30,460 nt of DNA. Source: Octopus sinensis. Lineage: Eukaryota. The stretch spans positions 1-30,460 of the forward strand of contig NW_021834073.1 of assembly GCF_006345805.1 (NCBI RefSeq), given 5' to 3'. Position numbers and translations under genes: made by a program. Shown one piece after another: positions 1 through 11,256 of the stretch. The notes under the pieces were generated by a model. The model was not told the DNA's origin. It was given only the letters and a program-made list of their open reading frames with translations, and did not search any database. Numbering within the stretch: the stretch's first letter is position 1; every line of letters starts with the position of its first letter.

Positions 1-114
1 CCATATATATATACATATATATATACATATATATATACATCTATATATATAGACATATATATATAATACATATATATATATACATATATATATATACATA
101 TATATATATACGTG

Positions 115-304
115 CTTGTGGCACGTAAAAAGCACCATCCGATCGTGGCCATTGCACGTAAAAAGCACCCACTACACTCATGCAGTGGTTGGCGTTAGGA
201 AGGGCATCCAGCCGTAGAAACATTGCCAGATCAGACTGGGCCTGGTGCAACCTTCTGGCTTCCCAGACCCCAGTTGCACCGTCCAACCCATGCCAGCATG
301 ATGA
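115..304 (+). mobile_element. (GAT)n-tailed repeat, 5'-truncated 3' UTR of an RTE-like LINE (family R2)
   Basis: GGCACGTAAAAAGCACCCACTACACTC...GTTGGCGTTAGGAAGGGCATCCAGC...CCAACCCATGCCAGCATG followed by GAT repeats; the same module recurs about 10 times in the window. Confidence 0.75.
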
Positions 305-334
305 TATACACATATACATACACACACACACACA

Positions 335-415
335 CAAGGGGTGTATGAAAAGTTGAGCCTTAAAAAAAACAGTGTACAAGACTTCAAGGCTCTAAACTTT
401 TTCATACACCCCTCA
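335..415. mobile_element. Tiny mariner-type MITE / hairpin
   Basis: Inverted arms AGGGGTGTATGAAAAGTTGAGCCT and AGGCTCTAAACTTTTTCATACACCCCT; TA on the right flank; ends resemble mariner CGAGGGG-type TIRs. Confidence 0.6.
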
Positions 416-417
416 TA

Positions 418-459
<42 letters not shown>

Positions 460-939
460 CGAGCAAAACGCCCCCCACCCCCCATCCAATGGACGGTGCT
501 AAGTTGTCAAACATTTAAACCAAATTTTCTCAAAACATCTTGTCCGACCGTCCCATAGGCCTCCCCTTTGAGAAACACTGATTTAACCTAAATTTGAGAC
601 CCCAGCAAAAGAAGAAATAAAGATAGACTTTTTTTCTATTCCAAAGAAAAACTATTCTATTCACCCAAATATGCAACCGAAGAATTTAAAGTACCAGTAA
701 TGATAAGGCTGTTGACTGGGAGAACACAAACATGGTTTAAACAGTAAGCTTGGCAGGAAAGAAATGTGCCTTTAAGCAGTACAAAAGCAACAAAAACTGG
801 AAGGTGCAGTTATGTACAGGTTGACGGAAGAAAAGCAGGACAAAAACAATGTATGCAAATGGGTTAGCTGGAGGTAAATCTATGGTCTCTTAAATATACT
901 GCATTTTGTGGCATTATTTCAAGCCAGGCAGCTTTTTTT

Positions 940-1192
940 GCACAAACTGCACGTGCATTTTTCTCGCATATGCGTAGTATCGATCACAACAGCTGATGTA
1001 CTTGCGCGTACAAATGCACGTTCCCACAGCTTTATCGATCGCATTCTCACTTGGAATCAATTTTTGTAATTTTTTCAAGACTTATACACACCCTGATACC
1101 GTCGGTATCCACGTATCAAATTTGAGCGCAATCGGATGGAGGATGCCTGAGATCCGAGAAGACACACAGACAGACAGAACGGATTTTATATA
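940..1192 (-). mobile_element. Helitron-like non-autonomous 5' fragment
   Basis: Minus strand begins TATATAAAATCCGTTCTGTCTGTCTGTGTGTC...CCGATTGCGCTCAAATTTG, in the style of invertebrate Helitron 5' ends; left boundary uncertain. Confidence 0.45.
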
Positions 1193-1193
1193 A

Positions 1194-1537
1194 TCTCTAT
1201 ATATATAAACGGCAAAAGGTCTGCGTGTGTGTCCTTTATACAAATCACAATTTTTCTGTTAGAGGGCTCGCACTTTCTATGGTTATTCAAAACTGTCCAA
1301 GGGTGGTTGTGCACATCTTTACATTCCCCCAGTCACCCTGCAAAGCCATTGAAAAATCAATAGAAGTGACTTTTTTGTGAATTTTCTATCCAAATGCCCG
1401 AAACTTGATACGCCAATTGAATGCCAGCTAGCTGTATGTGATTGGTCAGAGATTTGGACAGTACTCGCGTGTATGTGCGCATGCACGCTGTATATGCTTT
1501 AACTAGCATGCATATACATGCCAGGTCATAGTGCTAG
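1194..1537 (+). mobile_element. Non-autonomous Helitron
   Basis: A|TC start at 1194, CTAG|T end at 1534-1538, subterminal hairpin GCATG-catata-CATGC at 1506-1521, no TSD. Confidence 0.7.
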
Positions 1538-1557
1538 TGTGTATATATATATATATA

Positions 1558-1765
1558 GTTAATCCAAACATGAAATCACAAAGAGAAAACACAACAACAC
1601 GAGGACGTGGAACAAATATAGTATTATTGGACGCTCAGGAAAGAAGGAGGGTTTAACGTTTCGAGTGGAGCTCTTCGTCGGAAACATAAGAGAAGGAAAG
1701 ATCCAGAGAAGGGAAGACAGAGGAAAAAAAAAAAAAATCGCCAACGGTACACACGAGGTCACATA
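1558..1765 (-). mobile_element. Short hammerhead-bearing Penelope-like element, family H1, copy 1
   Basis: Near-identical to 20790-20970 (+) and 29716-29925 (-). Minus strand 1685-1651 reads GTTT CCGACGA A GAGCTCCACTC GAAA CG TT AAAC. Confidence 0.6.
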
Positions 1766-1787
1766 TACACATAAACACACACACACA

Positions 1788-1942
1788 CAAGCTTCTTTCA
1801 GTTTCCCTCTACCAAATCAACTCACAAGACTTTGATCAGCCCGAGACTATATAGTAGAAGAAACTTGCCCAAGGTGCCACACAGTGGAACTGAACCCTGA
1901 ACTATATGGTTAAGAAGCAAGCTTCTTACCACACAGGCACAT
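1788..1942 (-). mobile_element. SINE family A, degenerate 5' half
   Basis: Reverse complement of the head/core of 4916-5075. Confidence 0.7.
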
Positions 1943-2366
1943 GAGTAGAATAAGGGCCAGGCTTTAAAGGGGTCGATTCATTCAACTGAAGTTATTCAAG
2001 GTGGTGCGTTAATGTAGCTTCGGTCAAATGACAAATAAAATAAAAGGTAAGATACACACACATACATACACACCACACACACAGAGGAGAAAGGAAAGAA
2101 TGATGGTAATGACAGGAAGAGGAAGAGAGAGAAAGAGAAAATGAGAGAGAGAGGAGAAGAGAGAAAAGAGAGAAGAGGAGAAAGTCAGTCAGTCAGACAG
2201 AACTTCCAAATAGTTAGAAATGCCATTGGATGTGGTTGATAGAGGGAGTGGTGGTGATGGTATTAACTGTGGCAGCTGGTGATGGTAGTAATACTATTTG
2301 TAGTAGTAGTAGCAGCAGTAGTGCTGGAGGTCACTGTGATAGTGATATACAGTGGTATGTTGTGAT

Positions 2367-2643
2367 GGTGGCGAGCTGGCAGAAACGTTAGCACGCCTGG
2401 CGAAATGCTTAGCGGTATTTCGTCTGCATTACGTTGTGAGTTCAAATTCCGCCGAGGTCGACTTTGCCTTTCATCCTTTTGGGGTCGATAAATTAAGTAC
2501 CAGTTACGCAAATCCACTCACAAGGCTTTGGTCGGCCCGAGGCTATAGTAGAAGACACTTGCCCAAGGTGCCATGCAGTGGGACTGAACCCAAAACCATG
2601 CGGTTCGTAAGCAAGCTACTTACCACACAGCCACTCCTATGCC
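2367..2643. mobile_element. SINE B 5' part (+, 2367-2509) joined to SINE A head (-, 2510-2643)
   Basis: GGCGAGCTGGCAGAAACGTTAGC...GCCTTTCATCCTTTTGGGGTCGATAAATTAAGTACC followed directly by the reverse complement of the SINE A head. Confidence 0.75.
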
Positions 2644-2811
2644 TATATATTAATTTCTTTTTTTGTGTTTTGTGTAATATATGAATATTATTTAAATATC
2701 ATAAAAATAAGTAGCTTTTTTGATATAGTTTATTTAAATTGATTTTAGGTATGCATTAGTTTAGAATATTAGGTAGTAATAGTTTAACAGTGTGTGTGTG
2801 TTTAATAATCA

Positions 2812-3025
2812 TTTCTTCTTGTTTCAGTCATTTGACTGTAGCCATGTTGGAGCACTGCTCTGAAGAGATTTTAGTCAAATGAAATGACCCCAATACTTAC
2901 TTCTTTAAAAAGCCTGGTACTTATTCTATTGGTCTCTTTTTCCCCAAACCACTAAGTTACGGGGATGTAAACACACCAACACCAGTTGGCGAGTGGTGAT
3001 GAGGGGACAAAAACAGACACAAATA
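2812..3025 (-). mobile_element. SINE family A, degenerate 3' half
   Basis: CTTGTTTCAGTCATTTGACTG...GGAGCAC matches the reverse complement of the family A tail. Confidence 0.65.
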
Positions 3026-3140
3026 CACACAGTGGTTCTCAACTGGGACCCATTATGACCCCAGAGAGTCCATATAAGATTTCGAGGGGTTCACACAAGC
3101 AAAATAGTAAATTGAGGACTCATAGTAGAAGTTTTGATTT

Positions 3141-3492
3141 AGGCGCAGGCATGGCTCTGGGTTCAGTCCCGCTGTGTGGCACGTTGGGCAAATGTCTTCT
3201 ACTATATCATTGGGCCGACCAAAGCCTTATGAGTGGATTTGGTAGACAGAAACTGGAAGAAGCCTATCACGTGGCAGACACATTAGCGCGCCGGGCGAAA
3301 TGCTTAGCAGTATTTCGTCTGTCGTTACGTTCTGAGTTCACATTCCGCTGAGGTCAACTTTGCCTTTCATCCTTTCGGGGTCGATAAATAAAGTACCAGT
3401 TTCGCACTGGGGACGATATAATCGACTCAATCCCTTCGTCTGTCTTTGTTTGTCCCCTCTATGTTTAGCCCCTTCTGGGTAGTAAAGAAATA
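3141..3492 (+). mobile_element. SINE A head fragment (3141-3265) followed by SINE B (3271-3492)
   Basis: Direct similarity to 4916-5075 and to 8126-8354. Confidence 0.7.
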
Positions 3493-3589
3493 TATATAAT
3501 ATGTGTGTGTGTGTGTTTATGTTTCAGGTAGATTGGTATGAAAAGGGCTGAATGCTACTAATCTTATCAGTCTCGGACATTTACAACCA

Positions 3590-3896
3590 ATGAAACTCAT
3601 CATTTTCGAAGGATGATTGCTAAAGTACTGCTGTCCATCAAGAAAGTCGGACGCGGACGCCCTTCATCATGCACTGTGACACCACCCTCAGCAAAAGTCA
3701 TACATAGCAAAGCCCCAGTGGTTGACGTCCGCCTTGACAAGTGTGGGCATTTACCCGAGTACACACCTGATTGACAGCGCTGCAAATAGAAAGACTACTG
3801 CCAAGCATGCAGTCAAGTGAAGTGCTGCAATTGCAACATGTGGCTGTGCTTGAACAAAAGAGAAATTGCTTCATGCAGTTCCATGTTTTCAAGTGA
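3590..3896 (+). pseudogene. piggyBac-type transposase C-terminal Cys-rich domain, decayed
   Basis: Manual translation FRRMIAKVLLSIKKVGRGRPSS...DVRLDKCGHLP...*QRCK*KDYCQACSQVKCCNCNMWLCLNK/RNCFMQFH, with 2 stops and 1 frameshift; fits the DxRxD..GH.P..RC..C..C..C..LC...CF..FH pattern of piggyBac/PGBD C-termini. Confidence 0.75.
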
Positions 3897-4389
3897 GATT
3901 CGGCGAATCAACTCAGTTTGACTGACATTGTGTTAAAAACAGTTTGTTAATAACAGTTTTTACATTATTTACATTCAATATATATTTGTCCTCATCTTGA
4001 TTGTTGTTAACACAACGTTTTGGCTGATATACCCTCCAGCCGACCGCTCGGTTCAAAGTCTCCCTTGACCACAAATGGCCTGAACTCTTTGCATGAGCAC
4101 CACCCTGTACATAACTCCATGTCACCCTACATGGCCTTGCTTTTTGCTTTTTGAGCCAAAAAATTAACTAACTAACTAACTAACTAAAGTGTCTTGAGGA
4201 AATTTCGAACCTGGGTTCTCATTCCTAAGGTATTCTTCGATAGTATTATTATTATTGTTGTTCAGGTCACTGCTTGAAATATCCGTCGAATGTAAATAAT
4301 GTACATAATTCCTCATCTCTTAAATATAGAACTGAATAACAGTTTTGTTGTTTAATTAATAATGCTAGATGAAATTTGTACTCTTTGAA

Positions 4390-4613
4390 AAGGTTACCGA
4401 GATGCGAACAACCTATGTGCCAAATTTGGACCATTCGGCGAGCGTTCCTTAACAGCCTGTTGTGCCAAATTTGAACCATACCATATTTTATGACCAACTT
4501 TGATTTTCAAGGGAATCAACTTTATTTTGTTTTTCGTATCCATTTGAATATCAAATTTACACTGAAAATACTTTTTGTGTTGCTGGATGTACGAGCAGAT
4601 TCTAGAGGGTTAA
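4390..4613 (+). mobile_element. piggyBac right end
   Basis: Ends AGAGGG|TTAA (4604-4613); two subterminal direct repeats TGTGCCAAATTTG(G/A)ACCAT (~4416 and ~4462); lies downstream of the transposase remnant. Confidence 0.55.
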
Positions 4614-4617
4614 TTTA

Positions 4618-4905
4618 AGTTCCAAACACTAATTGAATAATGACAAAGCTATTTAACTAAATTCTTCACAGTTTCAAAAGTAGCGTATTTCAACAGAAAT
4701 ATTGTAACAAAAGGTAAACCCTTTTGATACCAACCAACCTGAGACTGCTCTTGGTACTACGATGCAAATTTTTCCAATCGAAATTAAAACTTTCCATCAA
4801 ATTTCATCTTAATTTCATGTTTGGGAACGACCAATGTGATCTTCACTAAATTCTTGGTTATTTTCAAAATTACTTGAAACAAATGCAGCGTATTTCAAAA
4901 GAGAT
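4618..4905 (+). mobile_element. AT-rich non-autonomous DNA element fragments, possibly a piggyBac MITE
   Basis: AACCCTTTTGATACC start and GTATTTCAACAGAAAT...GTAACAAAAGG end; related copies at ~8645-8792 and ~9715-9862. Confidence 0.45.
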
Positions 4906-4915
4906 ATATAGTATA

Positions 4916-5310
4916 GGCGCAGGAGTGGCTGTGTGGTAAGTAGCTTGCTAACCAACCACATGGTTCCGGGTTCAGTCCCACTGCGTGGCATCTTGGGCAA
5001 GTGTCTTCTGCTATAGCCCCGGGCAGACCAAAGCCTTGTAAGTGGATTTGGTAGACGGAAACTGAAAGAAGCCTGTCGTATATATGTATATATATATGTA
5101 CGTGTGTGTGTGTTTGTGTTTGTCCCCCTAGCATTGCTTGACAACCAATGCTGGTGTGTTTACGTCCCCGTCACTTAGCGGTTCGGCAAAAGAGACCAAT
5201 AGAATAAGTACTGGGCTTACAAAGAATAAGTCCCGGGGTCGAATTGCTCGACTAAAGGCGGTGTTCCAGCATGGCCACAGTCAAATGACTAAAACAAGTA
5301 AAAGAGTAAG
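4916..5310 (+). mobile_element. tRNA-derived SINE family A, full length (octopus OR/OK-like; exact family not verified)
   Basis: Pol III A/B-box-like head GTGGCTGTGTGGT...GGTTCAGTCCC, CORE-like CTTGGGCAAGTGTCTT, central TA/TG microsatellite, tail CAGTCAAATGACT.AAACAAGTAAAAGAGT. Confidence 0.85.
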
Positions 5311-5818
5311 AAATGGATTAACAGACTTTTATTAGGATTTGCTTTTCAGGCATAGAGAATGCACCCCATTCCACAAAGTGGCAGACCATGTCCAGTTAGG
5401 AACAAAGGAGTAGTTGAGTGAGTAACGGTATTGAAGTACAGAGTACATCACCTCAAAGGCAGTCTCGATAGGTTGGCATCTTTCAGACATCTCCCCAAGG
5501 AATTCTTAACAGAATCTAACTGATTCCATACAATGTAGAGATAGTACAGCAACTGAAGCCACAAGATTAAGAACTAGAGACTGCAATATGCAGTCAAAGT
5601 TCAAGAATTGGAAGGAGAAAACCCTGAATTTATCCACAAATGTTGAATGGGTTTGTTAAAATACAAAATCACAGAATTTGGAGTTCAGGAAATCCTAGGG
5701 CAATTATCCAAAAAGAACTGCACCCCACTACGTTCACAGTATGATGTGGGATAACATCAGGTGATGGGACCTTACTTTTCTGAAGACAATGCTGGCAACC
5801 ATGGTACTGTGATGCGAG

Positions 5819-6474
5819 GCCAAGACTGAATATATAAACAAGTGCCTGCCCAACAGTGATTGCATCATCCATACTCTCAACAATGCGCCCTTAAATATGG
5901 TTTCTGATTACAAATATCTTGGGTCATACATATCATCACCTGGAAAAGATTTTCTAACAAGAAAGGGTATGGCCTGGTCAGCCTGTAATGACATGCATAA
6001 GATCTATCATCAAATCTAAGTAGAGACTTCAAAGTTGAAATCTTCAAAGCCACAGTCGAACCAATTCTACTATATGGCTCAGAAACCTGGACGTTATCAA
6101 AGAAGCTTGAGAGGCGGTTGGATGGAACCTACACTCGCCTCCTTATGAGAGCTCAAAATCTCTCATGGAAGCGTCATCCAACCAAAGTACAAATATATGG
6201 GAAACTACCACCAGTGTCATCTCTTGTGAAAGGTAGAAGAGTCCAGTTTGCTGGACATTGTTGTAGAACTGAAAACGAGGCAATTTCTACTCTTCTCCTC
6301 TGGAAGCCATCTACTCGCGATACCAGAGGGCGCATACTCTCCTACCCTGATGTAATCTCCAGGGATACAGGCATCCAGCAACAGGACCTCCGTAATGCCA
6401 TGATGGACCGTGAAGTCTGGCATAGCATGGTAAATTCCATTGTCTCGACCACGGTCGAACAATGATGATGATGA
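5819..6474 (+). mobile_element. RTE-like LINE family R1, 5'-truncated (RT C-terminus plus GAT tail)
   Basis: KTEYI...YKYLGSYI...ILLYGSETW...RRVQFAGHC..LLLWKP..RGR; (GAT)n tail; 11-bp TSD TGTGATGCGAG at 5808-5818 and 6475-6485. Confidence 0.9.
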
Positions 6475-6589
6475 TGTGATGCGAGATCAATTTCAGTCTA
6501 CGATTGAAAATTTGGTACAGCCATCAATTCAAAATAAACCTAACATGTAGTTTCATGATGGAACAACTATTCATATGATAAGGGCCACA

Positions 6590-6865
6590 ATCAAGAAAAT
6601 CTATGAGGCATCAGATGTGGTTTGCAAGAGAGATGACTGCACTGGTATGGCCGTGTGATACATATGGATGAGGGCAGTTGTGTACAGAAGTGTCAATCTT
6701 GAACTAAGGAGGGAACCTGTGGTAGAGGTCGACCCAAGAAGACATGGGTCAAGGTGGTGAGGCATGATTTTTCAAACGTTGGGCCTCATGGAAGTGATGA
6801 CAAGGGGTCAAGACCTTTGGCGATATGTTGTGCTTGGGAAGACTCAGGAAGCCAAGTGAAATCAG
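6590..6865 (+). mobile_element. RTE-like LINE family R2, decayed ORF end
   Basis: Translation IRCGLQER*LHWYGRVIHMDEGSCVQKCQS*TKEGTCGRGRPKKTW matches the RTE RLxWxGHV...RGRPKKTW motif. Confidence 0.75.
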
Positions 6866-6875
6866 TCATGGTAAC

Positions 6876-7487
6876 ATCATCATCATCGTTTAACATCCGC
6901 TTTCCATGCTAGCATGGGTTGGACGGTTCAACTGGGGTCTGGGAAGCCAGAAGGCTGCACCAGGCCAGTCAGATCTGGCAATGTTTCTACAGCTGGATAC
7001 CCTTCCTAACACCAACCAGTCCGTGAGTGTAGTGGGTGCTTTTTACGTGCCACCAACACAGGTGTCAGACAAGGCTGGCGAACGGCTACGCTCGGATGGT
7101 GCTTTTTACGTGCAACTGGCACGGAGGCCAGGCGAGGCTGGCAATGGCCATGATCGGATAGTGTTTGTTACATGCCACCGGCACGGAGGCCAGTCGATGT
7201 GGTGCTGGCTACGGCCACGTTCGGATGGTTCTCTTACGTGCCACCGGCACCCGGCGCTGGCTACAGCGACGTTCGGATGGATCTCTTAAGTGCCACTAGG
7301 AATATAAAAGCACCCATTCCAGTAACACATAAAAAGCACTCTTGGAGTGATTGGCATTTGGAAGGCCATCCAGCTGTAGAAACAATGCCAAATCAGACTA
7401 GAACTTGGTGCAGCTATCTGGCTTATCGGTTCCAGTCAAACCACACAACCCATGCCAGTATGGAAAGCAAACACTAAATGATGATGA
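6876..7487. mobile_element. Two divergent R2 3'-UTR copies (6876-7275 minus; ~7300-7487 plus)
   Basis: (CAT)n at the left end and (GAT)n at the right end; internal GTGC..TTACGTGCCACC subrepeats. Confidence 0.75.
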
Positions 7488-7539
7488 ATTTCTCAGTTAT
7501 AGCATAAACTGGCCACCTCACTCCCCAGACTTGACAATA

Positions 7540-7910
7540 GGCTCAGGAGTGGCTGTGTAGTAAGAAACTTGCTAACCAACCACATGGTTCCAGGTTCTTG
7601 GGCAAGTGTCTTCTGCTATAGCCCTGGGCTGACCAATGCCTTGTGAGTGGATTTGGTAGACGGAAACTGAAAGAAGCCTGTCGTATATTTGTATATATAT
7701 ATGTGTGTGTGTGTCTGTGTTTGTCTCCCTAGCATTGCTTGACAACCGATGCTGGTGTGTTTATGTCCCTGTCACTTAGCGGTTCAGCAAAAGAGACCGA
7801 TAGAATAAGTACTGGGCTTACAAAGAATAAGTCCCGGGGTCGATTTGGTCGACTAAAGGCGGTGCTCCAGCATGGCCGCAGTCAAATGACTGAAACAAGT
7901 AAAAGAGAGA
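7540..7910 (+). mobile_element. SINE family A
   Basis: Matches 4916-5310 with a short deletion in the head. Confidence 0.85.
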
Positions 7911-8125
7911 ACAGCTAAAGGAAAAGATTTAAACAGAAATCAGAAGCACTAGAACCTGAATTCCTTAAAAAGGACATGTTCATACAAAGCTGGAAATGGA
8001 TGTCACTTAAAGGATGTAATTAATCATTCACACTGGCACCTGGGTTCATTGGCATGTGTAAAAGATTCGAGCAAGGTCGTTGCCAGTACCGCCTGACTGG
8101 CCCCCGTGCCGGTGGTACGTAAAAG

Positions 8126-8354
8126 GCGGTGAGCTGGCAGAAACGTTAGCACGCCGGGCGAAATGCTTAGCAGTATTTCGTCTGCGTTACGTTGCGAGTT
8201 CAAATTCCGCCAAGGTCGACTTTGCCTTTCATCCTTTCGGGGTCGATAAATTAAGTACCGGTTACGCACTGGGGTCGATGTAATCGACTTATTACCTATG
8301 TCTGTCCTTGTCTGTCCCCTCTGTGTTTAGCCCCTTGTGGGTAATAAAGAAATA
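8126..8354 (+). mobile_element. SINE family B, full length, inserted in an R2 3'-UTR copy (8030-8545)
   Basis: TSD GGTACGTAAAAG at 8114-8125 and 8355-8366; B-box-like GAGTTCAAATTCC; central GCCTTTCATCCTTTCGGGGTCGATAAATTAAGTACC domain. Confidence 0.85.
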
Positions 8355-8410
8355 GGTACGTAAAAGCACCCACTACACTCTCGGAGTGGTTGCCATTAGG
8401 AAGGGCACCC

Positions 8411-10544
8411 AGCTGTAGAAACTCTGCTAGATCAAGACTGGAGCCTGGTGCAGCCATCTGGTTTGCCAGCCCACAGTCAAACCGTCCAACCCATGCTAGC
8501 ATGGAAAGCAGACGTTTAATGAAGACGATGATGATGATGATGATCTACTCAATAAAATATTATGGTATTGTGAATTAAAGTTAAAAATAAAGGAGCTATG
8601 TTTGGAAATTCTTGGTGACTTTGGGCCTCCCTGAAGTGATAGAAATTAAAAAAACTTCCATCAAAATTCCTTGTTAATCCATGTTTTAAACACCAGCTTA
8701 ACAAGAATAAAGTTGTTTTACTAAATTCTTTGTGATTTCCAAAATTAATTGACAGAGTGTATTTCAACAGAAATTTGGTAATAAAATGGTTAGTATGTCT
8801 CTGGAGGAAGACAAAAACTTAGTTCTACCAAAGAATTAATCTTGTAATTCCACAGAGAGGAAGGGAAGTGGAATAGTAGGGGAGAGGAGGACGGGGAAAA
8901 TGAGAAACAGAGCGAGTGAGTGAGAGACAGAGAGAATGAGCGAAAGAGAAAGAATGAAAGAGAATGAGCAAAAGAGGGAGAACGAAAGAGAATGAGCAAA
9001 AGAGAAAGAATGAAAGAGAGAATGAGCAAAAGAGAAAGAACAAAAGAGTGAATGAGCGAAAGAGAAAGAACGAAAGAGGGAATGAGCGAAAGAGAAAGAA
9101 CAAAAGAGTGAATGAGCGAAGAGAAAGAACGAAAGAGGGAATGAGCGAAAGAGAAAGAATGAAAGAGAGAATGAGCAAAAGAGAAAGAATGAAAGAGAGA
9201 ATGAGCGAAAGAGAAAGAACAAAAGAGGGAATGAGCGAAAGAGAAAGAATGAAAGAGAGAATGAGCGAAAGAGGGAGAGAATGAGCAAAAGAGGGAGAGA
9301 ATGAGCAAAAGAGGGAGAATGATGAAAGAGGGACAGAGCGAAAGAGGGACAGAGCGAAAGAGGGACAGAGCGAAAGAGGGACAGAGCGAAAGAGGGACAG
9401 AGCGAAAGAGGGACAGAGCGAAAGAAGGACAGAGCGAAAGAGGACAGAGCGAAAGAGTGGGTATGTGAAAAAGTAATAGAGCTGTAGAAACTCTGCTAGA
9501 TCAAGACTGGAGCCTGGTGCAGCCATCTGGTTTGCCAGCCCACAGTCAAACCGTCCAACCCATGCTAGCATGGAAAGCAGACGTTTAATGAAGACGATGA
9601 TGATGATGATGATCTACTCAATAAAATATTATGGTATTGTGAATTAAAGTTAAAAAATAAAGGAGCTATGTTTGGAAATTCTTGGTGACTTTGGGCCTCC
9701 CTGAAGTGATAGAAATTAAAAAAACTTCCATCAAAATTCCTTGTTAATCCATGTTTTAAACACCAGCTTAACAAGAATAAAGTTGTTTTACTAAATTCTT
9801 TGTGATTTCCAAAATTAATTGACAGAGTGTATTTCAACAGAAATTTGGTAATAAAATGGTTAGTATGTCTCTGGAGGAAGACAAAAGCTTAGTTCTACCA
9901 AAGAATTAATCTTGTAATTCCACAGAGAGGAAGGGAAGTGGAATAGTAGGGGAGAGGAGGACGGGGAAAATGAGAAACAGAGCGAGTGAGTGAGAGACAG
10001 AGAGAATGAGCGAAAGAGAAAGAGAGAATGAGCAAAAGAGGGAGAACGAAAGAGAATGAGCAAAAGAGAAAGAATGAAAGAGAGAATGAGCAAAAGAGAA
10101 AGAACAAAAGAGTGAATGAGCGAAAGAGAAAGAACGAAAGAGGGAATGAGCGAAAGAGAAAGAACAAAAGAGTGAATGAGCGAAGAGAAAGAACGAAAGA
10201 GAGAATGAGCAAAAGAGAAAGAATGAAAGAGAGAATGAGCAAAAGAGAAAGAATGAAAGAGAGAATGAGCAAAAGAGAAAGAATGAAAGAGAATGAGCGA
10301 AAGAGAAAGAATGAAAGAGAGAATGAGCGAAAGAGGGAGAGAATGAGCAAAAGAGGGAGAGAATGAGCAAAAGAGGGAGAATGATGAAAGAGGGACAGAG
10401 CGAAAGAGGGACAGAGCGAAAGAGGGACAGAGCGAAAGAGGGACAGAGCGAAAGAGGGACAGAGCGAAAGAGGGACAGAGCGAAAGAAGGACAGAGCGAA
10501 AGAGGGACAGAGCGAAAGAGTGGGTATGTGAAAAAGTAATAGAG
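8411..10544. repeat. ~1.07 kb direct tandem duplication containing GA-rich minisatellites (~30-bp and 16-bp units)
   Basis: GCTGTAGAAACTCTGCTAGATC at 8412 and 9481; GTATGTGAAAAAGTAATAGAG at 9461 and 10524; units GAATGAGCGAAAGAGAAAGAATGAAAGAGA and AGAGGGACAGAGCGAA. Confidence 0.9.
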
Positions 10545-10893
10545 GACGTGTGTAGTGATGTATGTTTAAGTGTAATTATATCCCTGTATATGTGCCCATG
10601 AGTGCAGATGAGTGTATATGAATGATGATCTTAAGACACTCTGCGTTGAGCTGTGTTCAGTTTTGTCTCAGCTTGCCTTGCCATAGGGTCTTCAACTCCT
10701 TAATGAGATCAAAGGGGATGCTGTGGTGACACGGGGCTGTTCTTAGGCAAAGACCAATGGTCCCCAAATCTAACCACCACAACCAATTTATTAAAGAGAA
10801 AACAGAAGGAAAGATAGACTTAAATAGGGGCCAGTGTTTAGTGTTACCATTCACACTTTCTCAGCTTCTATCTTCCAGAGCTAGCAGAACCCA

Positions 10894-11256
10894 TCATCAT
10901 CATTGTTCGACCGTGTTCGAGACAATGGAATTTACCATGCTACGCCAGACTTCACGGTCCATCATGGCATTACGGAGGTCCTGTTGCTGGATGCCTGTAT
11001 CCCTGGAGATAACATCAGGGTAGGAGAGTGGGTGTTTGTTTGGTGTTGTTTGGTTGGGAGCTGACTCTTCTCCATTAGGTGATACCCGTCTGTTAAGATT
11101 GAGGGCATCACCGTCAATGGATGCCCTTGGAGGTGCAACGTGATCAGAGACAGGACCCGGCAAAGCAGGGGCTGGACCTACATCTGCAAGTATACCATTA
11201 GGTCTGGTTCCCTGGGGAAGAGGAACCCTGGTGCAGTTAATTGTAAATTCCATAGT
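10894..11256 (-). mobile_element. Bipartite retro-insertion: ~230 bp unique 5' part fused to the R1 3' end
   Basis: 10894-11029 is the reverse complement of the R1 end (LSYPDVISRDTG...VEQ* plus GAT tail); the whole insert is flanked by GAACCCA at 10887-10893 and 11257-11263. Confidence 0.6.

Larger units (their letters stand above)
5400..8020 (+). pseudogene. Tc1/mariner-superfamily transposase remnant split by nested insertions
   Basis: Collinear fragments: PYNVEIVQQLKPQD (~5525), LNGFVKIQNHRIWSSGNP..LHP..TV*CG..GPYF (~5643-5780), HDGTTIH (~6553), NWPPHSPDLT (7507-7536), QLKEKI*TEIR (~7913). Confidence 0.75.

Noticed and set aside
600-950. Additional transposase remnant
   Set aside because: No diagnostic motif could be read with confidence
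4916-4990. tRNA gene (also 28610-28685)
   Set aside because: tRNA-like heads continue into SINE bodies and lack a complete cloverleaf and poly-T terminator
8790-10370. Long S/F/L-rich and K/R/E-rich ORFs
   Set aside because: Translations of GA-rich minisatellites, open in several frames on both strands
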